Part shown: one piece after another, positions 22,950 to 35,773 of the stretch
Position numbering within the stretch: the stretch's first letter is position 1
Layout of the letters: each line of letters opens with the position of its first letter
Assembly: GCA_036172245.1 (NCBI GenBank)
Contig: JAYWIR010000006.1
Span: forward strand, 3,844,001 to 3,908,000
Source: Raillietiella orientalis
Taxonomy: Eukaryota
Length of the DNA stretch: 64,000 bases
Direction of reading: 5' to 3'
The notes under the pieces: model-generated
Databases searched by the model: none
What the model saw: only the letters and a program-made list of their open reading frames with translations
What the model was told of the DNA's origin: nothing
Position numbers and translations under genes: made by a program

Positions 22950-25900
22950 ACCAAGATGGCCGCTGTCCTTGCCGGTTCGGACAGGCGCCCGCCCACCACT
23001 TTTTTCCGAAGAAGCGGGACTTCTTTTGCTCAGGGCGCGGCAGTGAAAGGAGCCGGAAGCGGTTGGATTCCACTTTCCCTTGCAGGCTGCCTAGGAGATG
23101 ACGGAAACAGCCACCGGCGCAACCCGAGACAACGGCATCGGCCAAGCCGAGAGCACGAGCGTTGACGACAGCGCGAGAGGTTGGCCAGGGTTACAGTGCA
23201 AGTCGTCGCCGTCGCGGGGCCCGACCGTTCGGCCGCCGTGGTAGGGGTAGGTCTGGATCCCCCACGTGAACCGGGAGGGCCGGAGCGGGAATCGTCACGG
23301 CCCGGTACGCGGGAAGATCACTGCACGCCTACCGGCTTTCCCAGATCTTCGCCGTTCCGCGTGGGACTCGAACCAAGCCGAAGGACCACGCGTGCGCTGA
23401 AGCCAAGAAAGGGGAAAGCAGGGGCAGCGGAACGCCAACGAGAGGGGGGGCACGAATGGCTGGCATCCCGCCGAAGTCTTTTTCCGCCCTCCTGAGCACT
23501 CTTGGAAACATGGCGACCTTGGGAGCAGACGGCCTTCGCCGAACAACCGTAAGGAGGGAAACGTAGGTGCGAGCGGCAGCCAATAGCAATCGCAGCAAGG
23601 AGGAAGCAGAAAAACAAAAAGAAAGGGGGAAAGGGGGCAGCAGAGCAACCCAGCAGACGGAGAGACGAGCGCAGTTCTTTGGGATTCGTTACCTCGCCGC
23701 GCCGCGAGCGCTTCCCCCGCGAACCAACCGTGGCCATGGAAACGGAAAGAGAGTGCATACGAACCGGTAGTCGTTGTCCATGCTTGCCGTCCGGCATTTC
23801 GCTCTAGTCGGCCGCGTCGGTTCCTCAAGGAAGAGGACACCGACGTTCGCGCGCCCCTGCTCCACTCTACACATCGGTCAGTCGGTTTGCGCACTTCCTT
23901 TTCGCTTCCCTGACCCGGGGTCAGCACCTGCGCGCAGCGCGCATCCCGTCGCGCGCGAACCTGAAACAGCGCCCCGAATCGGAGCCTCGGACCGCAAGCG
24001 TGACGACGGAGGCGAGGACGAGACGCGTTCCGAGGACCCCGGTTGCCCCGGTTACGGCGCCAAGACGCGCGTCACACGAAGACCAAGAGAACTGCCCCCC
24101 GCATGGTCGGCGGCGATGCGTAACTGGCTGCCGGCTGTCCTCCCTAACAAAGTAACTCGGGAAAACGAAACACCCAATACGCAGAAGAGGTCCGGAAGCT
24201 CTCCAGAGCGCGTCCGGCGACCGTCCTCCCAAACGCTAGACCGGGAAGCGCATTCCGCCCCGTGCACGCCACGTCAGCCCCCCTGGCATCCGGCCTTCTG
24301 GAACACGCGTACGAATGAACCTCAAGGAAAATCGGAGGGGGGGGGGGGGGGGGGCTGACAGATCGCAAGCTCTCATGGAACAGCGGACCGCGACATCCGC
24401 CGCGTGAATCACGTCGAAGGACATTTACAGAAGAGGCTATCAGCGTTGCCACAGGGGTTTCGATCCCTCGTCCCATGCCATGCCACGAAGCTGGGAGACG
24501 TTAAGGGCAGCTTGCAGCCGATAGCGGACTTCGCACAACCCATCGAATGCCTTGAGTGCTGGAAGAGCAGGAGCTCCGATGCACGACTGCTCCAAGTTGG
24601 TGAGGAGCCAAGCCGACCTTCTCCCCGTCGTGGCATGGTAACCCGAGATCCGAAGAAGCGAGGAGATGGCCTGCGCTCGATGAGCGAACAAGACGGAAAC
24701 AGGGCTGCGTTGCTGCTGGTCACGGCGTTTCCGATCAAGACGGTCACCGGTCGATGCTATCAGCTCCCGGTGGTGACCCTCTTGAACGTACGAACGAGGC
24801 CCGTGCAATGCCGGACACGTGAACGCACGTGCTCGGGATGCTCGCGCTCGCCGGCTTTTTCACCCAGTCGCTATGGAGATGGCCACGGAGATCGCATGAC
24901 GGTCACATACCTCGGCGGGAGAGAGCGAACGGAGAGCTTCATCGTCAGGGCTTTTTGCATTTTCGAGTGGGATGCGAGAGAAAAGATGCATCGACTCGTG
25001 GACCCCTCAGGCATTTCCCAAGAACCAATTTTCACCAGCAGTGCCTGTGCTGTCATGGAGCAAACCAACGGTGGGTTCCCCGTCACAGGCGGTTCACACC
25101 CTTAGCAGCACGTGTGTTGAGACTCAATTAACCACCGAGGTTCCTCCTCCGTCGCATCTCAACCGACGCTCAAATCCTCGAGACAGGCTCTGGATTTCCT
25201 GGATAACACAGGCAGTCCAGCAAGCAAGACGAGCTGAGCTCTTGCTAGGAGGGAAAAAAGGGAAAGAAATCGAAGTTCCGAAAGATAGCTGGTCCCGGCT
25301 TTGCGATCCGAAGCGATGGCAAAGAAGCCCTGGACGTTACGAAGAGAATCCTCGGAGCCAGAAGAGGGCATCGGTTACCAGGGTGCCGATGGAAAGAGGG
25401 ACTGAGCTGCAGCATGGACGAAGAGAGAGAGAAAAAATCGAATCCCGAAAACGTCCGCAACTTTGTCAGCGCGCACACACGGGGGGATCGATTCGGGAGC
25501 CGGGGGGGGGGGAGGGAGGGGAAGAGCGGGAGGAAACAGAAAGCAAGAAACTGCAACTGCCAAGTGCAACAGACGCGCACACTTAGAGCACACCAGGCTA
25601 CACTACGAGTGAAGCGCTTCGATGGCAACTGCCTTAGCAACCGAGGCCCGAAACGATGAAAAGCCAAGCGCCAAAACCCGGAGAGGGGGGAGGGGCTCGA
25701 AGCCATCGATCTATTTTTAGAGATGCTCACAGTGCCGCGCGCGTCGGGGATCCGAGTGGCTTGCGCTGCGGGACCAGAGAGAAGTCTTCAAGAAGGGCCA
25801 CGGGGAAACACCCTCGACGTCTACGTGACGCGGTGCTCCTGGAGACGCAAGAAAGGACCGCCGCGATGGCGAGCTGGTCGCCAGCGTGGACTTTCCGGGC

Positions 25901-26350
25901 GGCGAGTCAAATCGTCGGCCTCGTCCACCATTCAGGCAAGAGCGGGCCGCGGAATCTGCATCGGCAAGAGATCTCTTCCTTGGCGCGCGACACGTCCAGA
26001 GCGATGCACGCTATCGACACGAGGCGGCGGTGCCATTACGTCACCTGCCATTTGGCTGCCTATCGAAAAGCTGTTGGTGCGAGCGGTCGGGAATGCTCCG
26101 TGCGCACAGCCGCGCCTCGAAACGTCATGAAAACAAGAGGGCTGCGGAAAGCGAAGAATCAGATGTGTGCTTGCGCCGACGGGAAACCGAAGCGCATCCG
26201 GCTGGATAGGGATGCGCGGGGAAAAAGCAGCTGCTGAAGAGATACCGCTTTCACCTTCCTTGGAATTTCTCAAGCTGGAGGATCGAATCGCGCGCTGGCG
26301 GGTGACCCGGGTCACCCGGGGCGAGGCAGCGGCACGAAGAACTCGCACCT
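22950..26350 (+). mobile_element. Ancient, possibly near full-length L1-like element, heavily decayed
   Basis: RT-like remnants in the expected order in 24404-25105 (LQKRLSALPQGF..VP, LLQVGEE, VTGR...RPVQ, TYLG), then WITQAVQQARRAELLLGGKKGKEIEVP resembling the post-RT motif. No intact catalytic YADD. Confidence 0.35.
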
Positions 26351-27653
26351 AATTACGCCACGCCACGTTTCCCAAACAGATGCGCCTGGTCCCACACAAC
26401 TGCACTGCATTCCTTGTACCTACACCCTTCCATCTGAAAAGGCCGCCTCTTTCCACAGCTTTCCGCCACAGCGCGTGTGCCACTCGTCGCGACGAAGAGG
26501 CACGTGGAAGACGGCTGCAAACGGAGCGAACACCAACCGACTGCCCGGATCCGCACGGGAGAAGAATCGGGCAGAGGACCCATGGCAACGAGGGCTTAAG
26601 CATGGGCAGCGGAGTTTGCACAGACACACAAAAAACGATGTGCCGTCGGGTTCGCGATAAGAATGCGCCGTTTCGCCAGGATTGCCTCCTGGAAACCTGA
26701 AGGAACCGTTTGCCTGCGCCATCCACCCCTGCATGCGAACGAATGGCTCGATGTGTGCCAGGAGGGCGCCCACGTTCCCTCCGGGGACGGATGGACGGAA
26801 GTTCGGTTCGACACGATGATCACGGAAGATTAATGATTACGAAACAAAAACACACACACACAAAAAATCGCCCTTCCCGGTAGCTCGTTCGCAGTTCTGC
26901 ACCCACCCAGGTTTTTTTCTTTTTCTTGGAACTGCTCGTAATTTGCTTCGCAGCAGCTTCGGATTAATCATTCGCACGAACCCTTTGATGTGGACTAAAA
27001 AAAAAAAAAAAAAACAAAAAAAAAAAAACGGCGACTCTGAATATTTTATTTGAGGTTCAAGCAAAGGGGCAGCTGTTCGAGGAACACCTCCTACCGTTGC
27101 TGCCCTTATGGCTGCACCTACTAGGAAACATCACGAAAGCCCGTTGGTCCCAGTCGTTTGCACGGAACGCGCCCGCCGTCCGGCAAGCCGAGCGGCAGCG
27201 GCAGACCAAAGAGCGCCAAACTTTGGCCCGCGAGCGCGCGCGCCAACGGATAAAAAAATGAAATGAAATAACAAGTGAAAACGATATGGGAAAAATGCTT
27301 GGGAAGAAGTTCACGCTGGATGGGATCCGGAAATCTCAGGACGCCCTCATCCCATCCCGCGTCACGTGGGTGCGCGCATCTGCGCGGGAGAAAGCCGCAC
27401 CGAAACGCGCGCGCGGGCAAGCCAGTGGTGCCAGGCTGGGGCAGAAGAAGAAAGGCAATCAGAGGGGAAAACGGGGGCGGCTCGATCCACCCACGGAACA
27501 CACAGGTGTCCCAACTGGAAACCCAATGAGCTCATGCACTTCCCGATCCTTCATGCACACCCCGACGTGCAGCTCGCTCGCGAGCAATGGAACTGGTGCT
27601 CAGCCTACAAACACGGAAGGACGGATCAAAGACACGTGAGATCCCCCCCCCCA

Positions 27654-27681
27654 TACACACACACACACACACACACATACA
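27654..27681. repeat. (CA)n microsatellite
   Basis: Direct observation. Confidence 0.9.
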
Positions 27682-30529
27682 CGCCGGACGTACACCGCTT
27701 GCCGGAAAGGCTTGGGAGCTGCTCCAGCCTGCGAAACGGCGGTTTCCGAGCACCTTCTCACCGCAAGCATCTCCGCGACCATGACGACGGGAGATCGGGG
27801 GCTCTGAGAGAGGAATGCGGACTTCCGGATGGGAAGGAGACCGAACCTGCATTCCTCGGCGGCTGGCGATCGGCGCAATCGGCGTCGGAATGTCCGGTGA
27901 CGAAAGTTGCACAACATGCATCACAAGTCACACAAGAAAAACACATCCTGCACTTCGTGCGTTAACCTCCCGCGCGACGACTTCGCGGCGAAGATGATGG
28001 CTGCCACCGCTACACCGACTGCACATGCCGATTCCAGCAAGCACGCACTTCATCAGAGCTGAATAACGCAATTCGAGAAAGAAAGATAAAGGAAAATTCG
28101 GAAAAACTTCGAAACTTCCAAACCGACACAGAAGCGACAGCGCCAACAGCAGCAGCTTTACGTGATCGGGACTCGCAGGAATTTTTTTTTGCTTCTCTTG
28201 TTTCGCTGGCAACCCTGTCCTCACGTTCCCACACTTGTTCCCAACATATCATCTGAGCAGATACCGTGCACTACAAAAACACGACACCACGTCATTCACC
28301 GAAACCGGACGGCATCGAACCCGGTGCTGAAAACGTAATCTTGTACTGACGCAGAACACAAACAAAACAAAACAAACGCCACACACCACATGACAAAACC
28401 CGATCTGGATTACGGGACATCGCTGGAATGTCATTAGCCTTACCAGGTGCTGCAAAAGCAATCGATCACAACATATTTTGCTATCCTCACATGGAGACGG
28501 AGTGCATATTCCTTTCAACTACATACACATTACGGTTACATCTGGCAACACCTCACGACCACGAGAGCACGCCAAGGCAACGCTGTTCGTAACGATTGGC
28601 GCCACAGCACGCAACGGCGCGCCACTCGTCCGCTGCGGGAGTATGCACTGCCCGCTGCTGCTGCTGCTCTCGGGAGCGCCGGCAGCGCGCCCCTGCGTCA
28701 CGCGCGCGCAAGCTGTCGAGACGGCTGCAGGAGCCCGTCCGTAAGGGCTGCCACAACTCACGCCGGTTCGAAAACGTCCTAAAACTATCCCCGGTCTGTA
28801 AACTATCAGCTGCGAGTAGTTCACGCATTCACAACGAGAGCAGTCAAGTGCAATGAAAAAGCGATTGCATACGCACCAGCAGTTTCCAAATGCTTGGAAA
28901 TTCGTTATCACTCGATGCATACTGGGTTTGGCTTCCTATAATGTAAATTACAAATGCTGATGTGGATTACAGGTGTAATATAAATGGATTTGATTGAACC
29001 TAACGAATAAGAGGAATCAAATACGCCTGTGTAGTAGGACTCAGATAGATGCTTCCTTCAGTGGTTGGTTTTTTTGCTTTGAATTTATATAATCCTCTGT
29101 ACAGATATTAAAGGCGATAACGTAGCATTCAAACTTACTACTAAACTTACTTCAAACTGCTTGTCCATTTTTAGGCTGTGAGCGTAGAAATTTTCTCAAC
29201 ATTACATTTGTATTTCAATAGAGATTTCAAAGTAAATGCTAAACGCCCCAACTTCACAAGTGCTTGAAAACTGATTGAGTCACAGGCAAGCATGCGTGCC
29301 GAACATGTTGAAACGAATCTGAGCATCCTGCTCCTTCGGTAATCCTCCAGAGTTTCAGAATAATTCAGAAATTTTTAGGCCCACGTTTCATTTGCACTTG
29401 CAATTGAAATATCTCCTTCCGACGGGTTTCCTGACTTCGTAAAATACCATTCTCCGAAAGAAATAAGACTTGTTTGAGGACTCCTATATGAAATGGACGA
29501 CCGTCTTGTCTTCCACCTCCATCTGAACTCAGAAATAGTAAGAATATTGGTGCAGAGCGACAGCAAACGTGTACTGCATTTTCTTCTTTCTCCTGAGATA
29601 CATTCGCAGTCGAACGAGCGCCTTCTCGATAGTTCCTTGGCATCGGGGGGAAATTCCACAACCTAGAAGTCTTGCCTCTTAGACACAGTACTGCTTCTAC
29701 AGGAGCGGACTCTTCGCTCTTCAGGATCATCGATAGACAACCGAACCATTTTTCCCCACCATGAATGACTGTTTCTAGATTCGCGCGTACGAATCTGAAA
29801 AAGAAAGAGAGAAAATGGAACAGCAAAGTTTGGTGAAAAAACTCACACGACATTACAGAACGAAAATTGGACCGTTTTTCCCCCCTCACCTAAGAAACCC
29901 CAGCGGCAGACAAAAAACCGAACCTACGGCCGTACCCACAAGGAGCACAAATACGTGGAAATGAGAGCCGTGCAGGATGTCATGTCACAACGTCTCCGGG
30001 ACACCACCATATCATCTCATGTCCATTATCCTTGAACTCTCAAAGTAATTTGGCTTGTAGATGGGGATGATGAGGAACTCTGCATCTGGAACCGTTATCA
30101 GAGCTCCGTGAATTTTGAGCAAGAAACTGACGACGTGGAGCCGAGCCAAATGTCTGAAATGCACCAAAGGACGCTCAGCGGGGGTGCACGTGGGCTTGCC
30201 TATTGATAAATCCCGCCTGCTAAGAAACCTTGGATCTTCCTCCTTTACCAACGTTCCTCGAGTTCAACAAACCTGCTCTTCCTTCGAAGAAGCGTAGCTG
30301 CATATCCTCTTAAGGGGAACCGAAAGCACGTTAGGAGGAGCTGCTGCCTGTTATCGAGTCGGCACTAAGGCCGTTGTGTTGTTTTCCGGCAGCACAAAAT
30401 AGGTCCCCCTTCCGGAACGCGGACAGCGGAAATGAGAGGGAAAGTGCACACCCACTTGTGATGCTCTCAACGAACACAAGGTGCAATGTGCAACGTCCGC
30501 AGCCGGAATTCGGAATGAGCCAGGAATTG

Positions 30530-30844
30530 CAGTGGCACCTCGGTACTCGACGGTGTCCGAACTCGTCGAACTCGGTACTCGTCGCATTTCGACGAGAGAC
30601 AAAATGTTTCGACACTCGGGCCATGTTCGGAACTCGACACCCCACTCTCATGATGAAACAAGTGAACCCTTTCTTCTCATGGCAGCTTGCCAACAGTGCC
30701 GAACACTTCCATAGAGTGCCTCCCGAATCGTTCCCTTTTTTTGTGCTTTCTGTGCATTTTAAGCGTTAATCATGCCTATTTGAGAAATTCGACACTCGTC
30801 ACGAGTCTCGGAACGAATTACCGACGAGTACCGAGGTACCACTG
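30530..30844. mobile_element. Tc1/mariner-superfamily (pogo/Tigger-like) MITE, 315 bp
   Basis: 25-bp terminal inverted repeats CAGTGGCACCTCGGTACTCGACGGT vs CAGTGGTACCTCGGTACTCGTCGGT (2 mismatches). TA on the right flank and TG on the left (mutated TA target duplication). Internal ACTCG subrepeats. Confidence 0.8.
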
Positions 30845-31099
30845 TACATCACTCGATGCAACTTTTCGACTGGACATGTGAAAACTAATAACGGGAACAC
30901 GTGAAAACACGGAAACCAGCGACGTGTTTCTGAAGCTCTCCGTTCGGCAGTGTGACTTTCCTGCACCAGGCAAACGCGAAGGGAGGCAGCGCCAAAGACA
31001 CCGGAACAATCTACGCAGAATTCCGGCGGCTTCAGTAGCATCGGGGGAAAATGCAACGGAGCAAGAAAGGCAAAAGAAGCAGAAGTGCTGCTGCTACTT

Positions 31100-32150
31100 C
31101 TCTGTTGCTTTTGCTCCTGCGCTGTCGCCGCAGGACTCGAGTGCTGCCTCAGGTGGAAAGGCAGGGATGGAAATGGGGACTTGTCTAAGAAACCACCACC
31201 ACGCAGCTGCAGCTGTCATCTCGGAAGAGTCTTGGTCCGGAACAGCACTTCTGGAGGTGTCTCGAAGATCTTCTCTGATTGAACGTTCCCTACGAGCGAA
31301 GAGCAGCCCTTCTACCGCTTCGAAACTGCCGCTGTCTCTCTGAGAAGACTTCTCGGACGTCACGACAACGGGCCGACCGCTCCGACAACGCCCCCGAAAA
31401 CGTCCATCTTCCGTCTACCTCTCTGGGGTCGTGGCTGCTGCAGTTGCTGCCGATGATGACGACAACGATGAAGATGTCTCTCTTCAACGAGCGAATGCTT
31501 GTGCGTCGGGATGGAACATTTCGTTCCCTCCCTCTCGCCCTACGAGGGTGTCTCTGCCCCCTCTGCACCTCAGAGAGGTTGGCTGCACCCTCGAAGGGGG
31601 CGAGCGGGCTTGCCTCGACAACCTTGGTCCTCCTGTAGTTCGGGGCTCAGCTACCCCAGCAGAGCCCAGCCTCCGGTCAGGCGCACTCGCGGTCCAGCCC
31701 ACCCACCTGCCCCAGACGGTCTCCCAGCAGCACGGGCCAGCGACGAGCCGAAACCATCGATCTCCGGAGCTCCGTAGGCGCGGTCGGTGGCTTTCGGGCT
31801 CGTCCTGCGGACCGATGGTCAGCAACGCTGCCTGATCGCTCGTCGTCGACTGTGGTTCCCGCCAGCCCGAGTCCCGTTGGGGCATGCTAGCGGTGCATCC
31901 ACGTGACTGCGTGGTTGCGAAAAGAAGGGCCATGAAGAAAAAGCTACGGGCAGGTAGTGCACCCGGGGGTTTCCAGGAGATGGTCCTGGGAAGGATGCGT
32001 CCCGAGTACTTCCAGGAAACGAAGGAGGGAATAGGGATCACAATCGAGAAGAAGTTCCTCGAAGAAGGAAGAGCACTGGACCGAAGACGCTGTTCGAGGA
32101 GCCTCAGGACGAAAAGGACGAAAGGAGGATCCGGTAGAGAACATCCCTAG
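31100..32150 (-). mobile_element. Possible decayed L1 ORF1 (gag-like) remnant
   Basis: DPYSLLRFLEVLG and FEGAANLSEVQRGQRHPRRA loosely resemble ORF1 RRM and zinc-knuckle linker motifs. Weak. Confidence 0.25.
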
Positions 32151-35100
32151 GACCGTCGATCCTTAATGATTTCCGACCGCCAGATCTTGGAGAGTGTTTT
32201 TTTTTTTTTCCCGTGGTCTGAAGTGGGTCCAGCCCCGCGAAGACGTGAACCATCTCCCCCCTCTTTTGATTGGAGACGGCAGCGGGAATTTCTCTCGCCC
32301 TCTCCTGCCTCTCGTTCCCTGAGGCGAAAGTGGACATATCCTCCCTGTGTTTCCTCGCAAGTCTCGGGAGGGGACGCAGGAACGCAGCGGACGAGGCGAC
32401 GCGAAGCCCGAAATCTCCTGCCTCTCCCTACGCAGCGTTGGAGGCGCGCCGGACAAGGCAGCTGCTCCGCCAGCACGGGAGCCCGAGGGCGCACCAGTTC
32501 CCTGCTCCTCGTCCTGTGGTGACCCATGGCCCCGACACGTGCCGCCAGGAGAGAAGGAACTGCAGACTAGGGGGGAGGGGGGAGGGCAGGAAGACGGACG
32601 ACTTCCTCTCGGAGCTGCGGGTCTCCGGGTTTGTGCGCTTGCCTCGCCGGCGGCACCCACGAGCGTCGCTGCACACCCGCGATCAGAATACGCGAACGAC
32701 GCGGAAGCACCAGGGAGGCGTAAGTCCCCTCAGGATTAGAATTCCGGAACACACCTTCTTTTACTAGGGGAAGAGGAGGGCAGGACCGTGACCCTCTTTC
32801 AGAAACAGCTGCTCCGTCGAAGCTCCTGCCTTGTCCTCCAAAAAGCAGCGCCGCGCGCCGCCTTCACGTGTTGGTTCCGCCGGCGCCTGGAATCGATCGG
32901 AGCGAGCGTTCCTGAAATGTGCCACTCGCGAATCGTGTTTCCCGGAAGCGAATTCCGACTTCATCCCGGCGCGCTGCATCCTGGGACGCGCCGGGTGCGG
33001 AAACGGGGGACAGGAATCCGGACCGAAACGGTCTCCTCGTTCTCGGAGTTGACAGCATCCCACGAGCGGGTTCATCAGGAGCTCTTGGATCTCGGTCCGC
33101 CGTCAGGAAGTGTCCGGTGCCCTGTTGCTGCAGGAGAGCAAAAGAATCTCTCAGACGGTGGAGGGTGCTAACACGCTCGATGCATGTCACCTTCTTCCTC
33201 ACGTGACTCCGTACATGACACAGCAGTACACCTCATAGTTTCGTAAACTTGTATCATTCTGTCTTGGTGCCTATGTAAAAATCAAGAATAGGGCTCATAT
33301 AATTCTATAATTATTAGCTGAAATCACAGCGGAAGTAGAGTTCAAAGTTTCGGAAACTGAGACTTGGGATTTAGCAAAATGATAGAAGGTGGTTTAGAGA
33401 GCTCAAATTTTCATTACATTTTGGCTCTAAAAATTAGATAAATAGATCGCCATGAGCTTATAGAAAAACATCCATGATTATCATGGACGATCTGTATCTC
33501 ATCTTGGGAGCAGCTACAATATCTAATTATAAAAATTGTACATTTTAATTGGAATTGGTATGTATTTATAAGCAAAATACCGATGACTTCTGTTTTCTGA
33601 AAAATGTTCAGCTATATAGGAAAACGTAGCACCGAACTTCTTGCCTGGTCGCAGACAATCTTGAGTTTCCTTCCGGTCTTCATATGCAATACAAAAATAT
33701 GTCTGAGATCATATTGCTTTAAAGAATTTTATCTTCAACTCACAGCTCGTCTATTCCTTTGAATATGTCTTACAATATATGTCATACAATACTCAATAAT
33801 AAATAAATGAAGCAAGTGTTTAGTTAAGTAAAAAATATCGAAAATCTATGTAGCCACTAAAAGTTATTCTATTTTTATTCCGTTCTATTCTTTTAGAGTC
33901 ACGATATTCTACTTTATTCTAATGTTATTTTCGATTACAAGAAGAAAGCACTTCTAATATTTCGAGTTTGAGGATTCAATACCGCGGATTGCCATTATAA
34001 AATTTCAAGAATTCACAAGAGGTGCAAACAACTGTGAGAACCCCTGGGCTGGATTTCCACCCCCTTAAAAACAGGCTTCCCGAAGTGATAATTTCAAGAG
34101 AGGAATGAATACTTTATTAGGTCCAGAAATTAAACATTATTGCACTGTAAATATTGAGTATTAATTTATGACGGTTATTTTCATTCCATGCACTACATTC
34201 CGGAACTTTGGTGCAAAAAAAAAAAAAATGGAAACAGAATTGTTTATCTGTAAGAAAGGAGAAATAGTGAAAACGATCGAGAAAAGAAATGCTATCTATG
34301 AGAACTGCAAATTGAGGATTAAGAGATTTGGGATAATTGATTTTTGAAGTTGAAAAGCTGAATGTTCTCAAGTTTGAGGAAATAACTTTTCAATGAGTCA
34401 TGAGATGATTTTAAAGAACACAAAATTATATTCATCAGTGCAAAAGCGTAGTACTATGTAAAATAGCAGACTGAAATGATAATCTCGATTTCTGCATCCT
34501 CGATTTCCCTTGAACTTTGAACCGGTGATGAAGCAAAAAGCAACAGATAGGTGTACAACATTTTTAATTTATTATTCTCATTTCACATGCAGATAGATGG
34601 TATTCTCATTCTTATTTCACAAATTATTCTTCATAAGAGTTGTGCTTGTCAGTCAAGGTAGGAAATGAAAAAGAAAAACTAAATGCATTTGAAAGATCGT
34701 TCATTCGTAATGCCAAACGGTATGGAAGCAAAACCGTAAATTAAGTCTAATCTCACAAATGAAGTTGGTCTGTTGCTACTGGACGTGAAGCAATAAGCAT
34801 TTTGATAAAGAGGCAGTGTTTATATCCTCACATCAGACTTTTAAGGTGTGTTAAATCCAAGTGAATCTTTTGCATTGCTTATCCGTTTTTTTTGCCTTTT
34901 AATGCATGATGTGATTTGTGTGTGTGTATGTGTGTTTTGCCTGGCTTTCATGTTCTCCATTTGGCGATTCTCAATGTTATTTAAATTCCCTTTGACACTG
35001 AAACGTTTTTATCATAAAGTGCTGTGATCGTTGCTTATGATGTGTGTTTATAGTCTCCCAGCAGCTTCATTGCTGCATAAGTTTCCTAAAATGCTTCGTT

Positions 35101-35250
35101 GCCATCATCTCTTATTCACGGAGACATCGAAGTTTCATTTTTTTGTATGTGAACAGCACGAGTTTAAGTCTTCTGAGTAATGTGGTTTCTGCACCACCAC
35201 GTGGTTTTGGATCAATTTTGATTTCATTTAAGAAGCACACGTTGTTGTTT

Positions 35251-35283
<33 letters not shown>

Positions 35284-35773
35284 GAAAAAGAAAAAAAAGG
35301 AAAAGCAAAGCACTTGGCAAATCGCCAAAAGTTGAATTTCTTTGGTCTTGTCTTCTGCAAAACGAAATGTAAGGAACGGCACTCCGTGTCGTCTGCCTCC
35401 ACCTTGAATACCCATCACCACAACTGATGCCCAGCAGTTCCCGTCTGTAGTGCGGTCCTTTCGTGATGAGGGAAGTGTGATACGTGGCGATAAGATCATT
35501 TAAAATTGGGAATTGGGAGGAGCATCGCAGTTAGGGTTCATTGCATAGTAGTATTACGTACACAAGTTATGTAATTAACGTCCTCGCATTGTTGTTGAAT
35601 TAATGTATGACATAGTAAGCATCTGATCATGTGGCAGAATAAGTTATTGATTCGCAAACCGTGTGAGACGTATACCTTTACCACTAATGACTGTATCGTA
35701 CTAGGACTGCCAAATATGTTTCACTGCATTCCAAAACTGAACTAAAGGGTTGTTTACATTCAGTGGAAACGGC

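Noticed and set aside
24871..24910. 40-nt GT-AG intron candidate on the minus strand
   Set aside because: The spliced product stops soon after and resembles nothing. The plus strand is better explained as a decayed RT.
30310..34070. TTAA-flanked (Kolobok/piggyBac-like) element from TTAAGGGG to CCCCTTAA
   Set aside because: The inverted match does not extend beyond about 8 bp.
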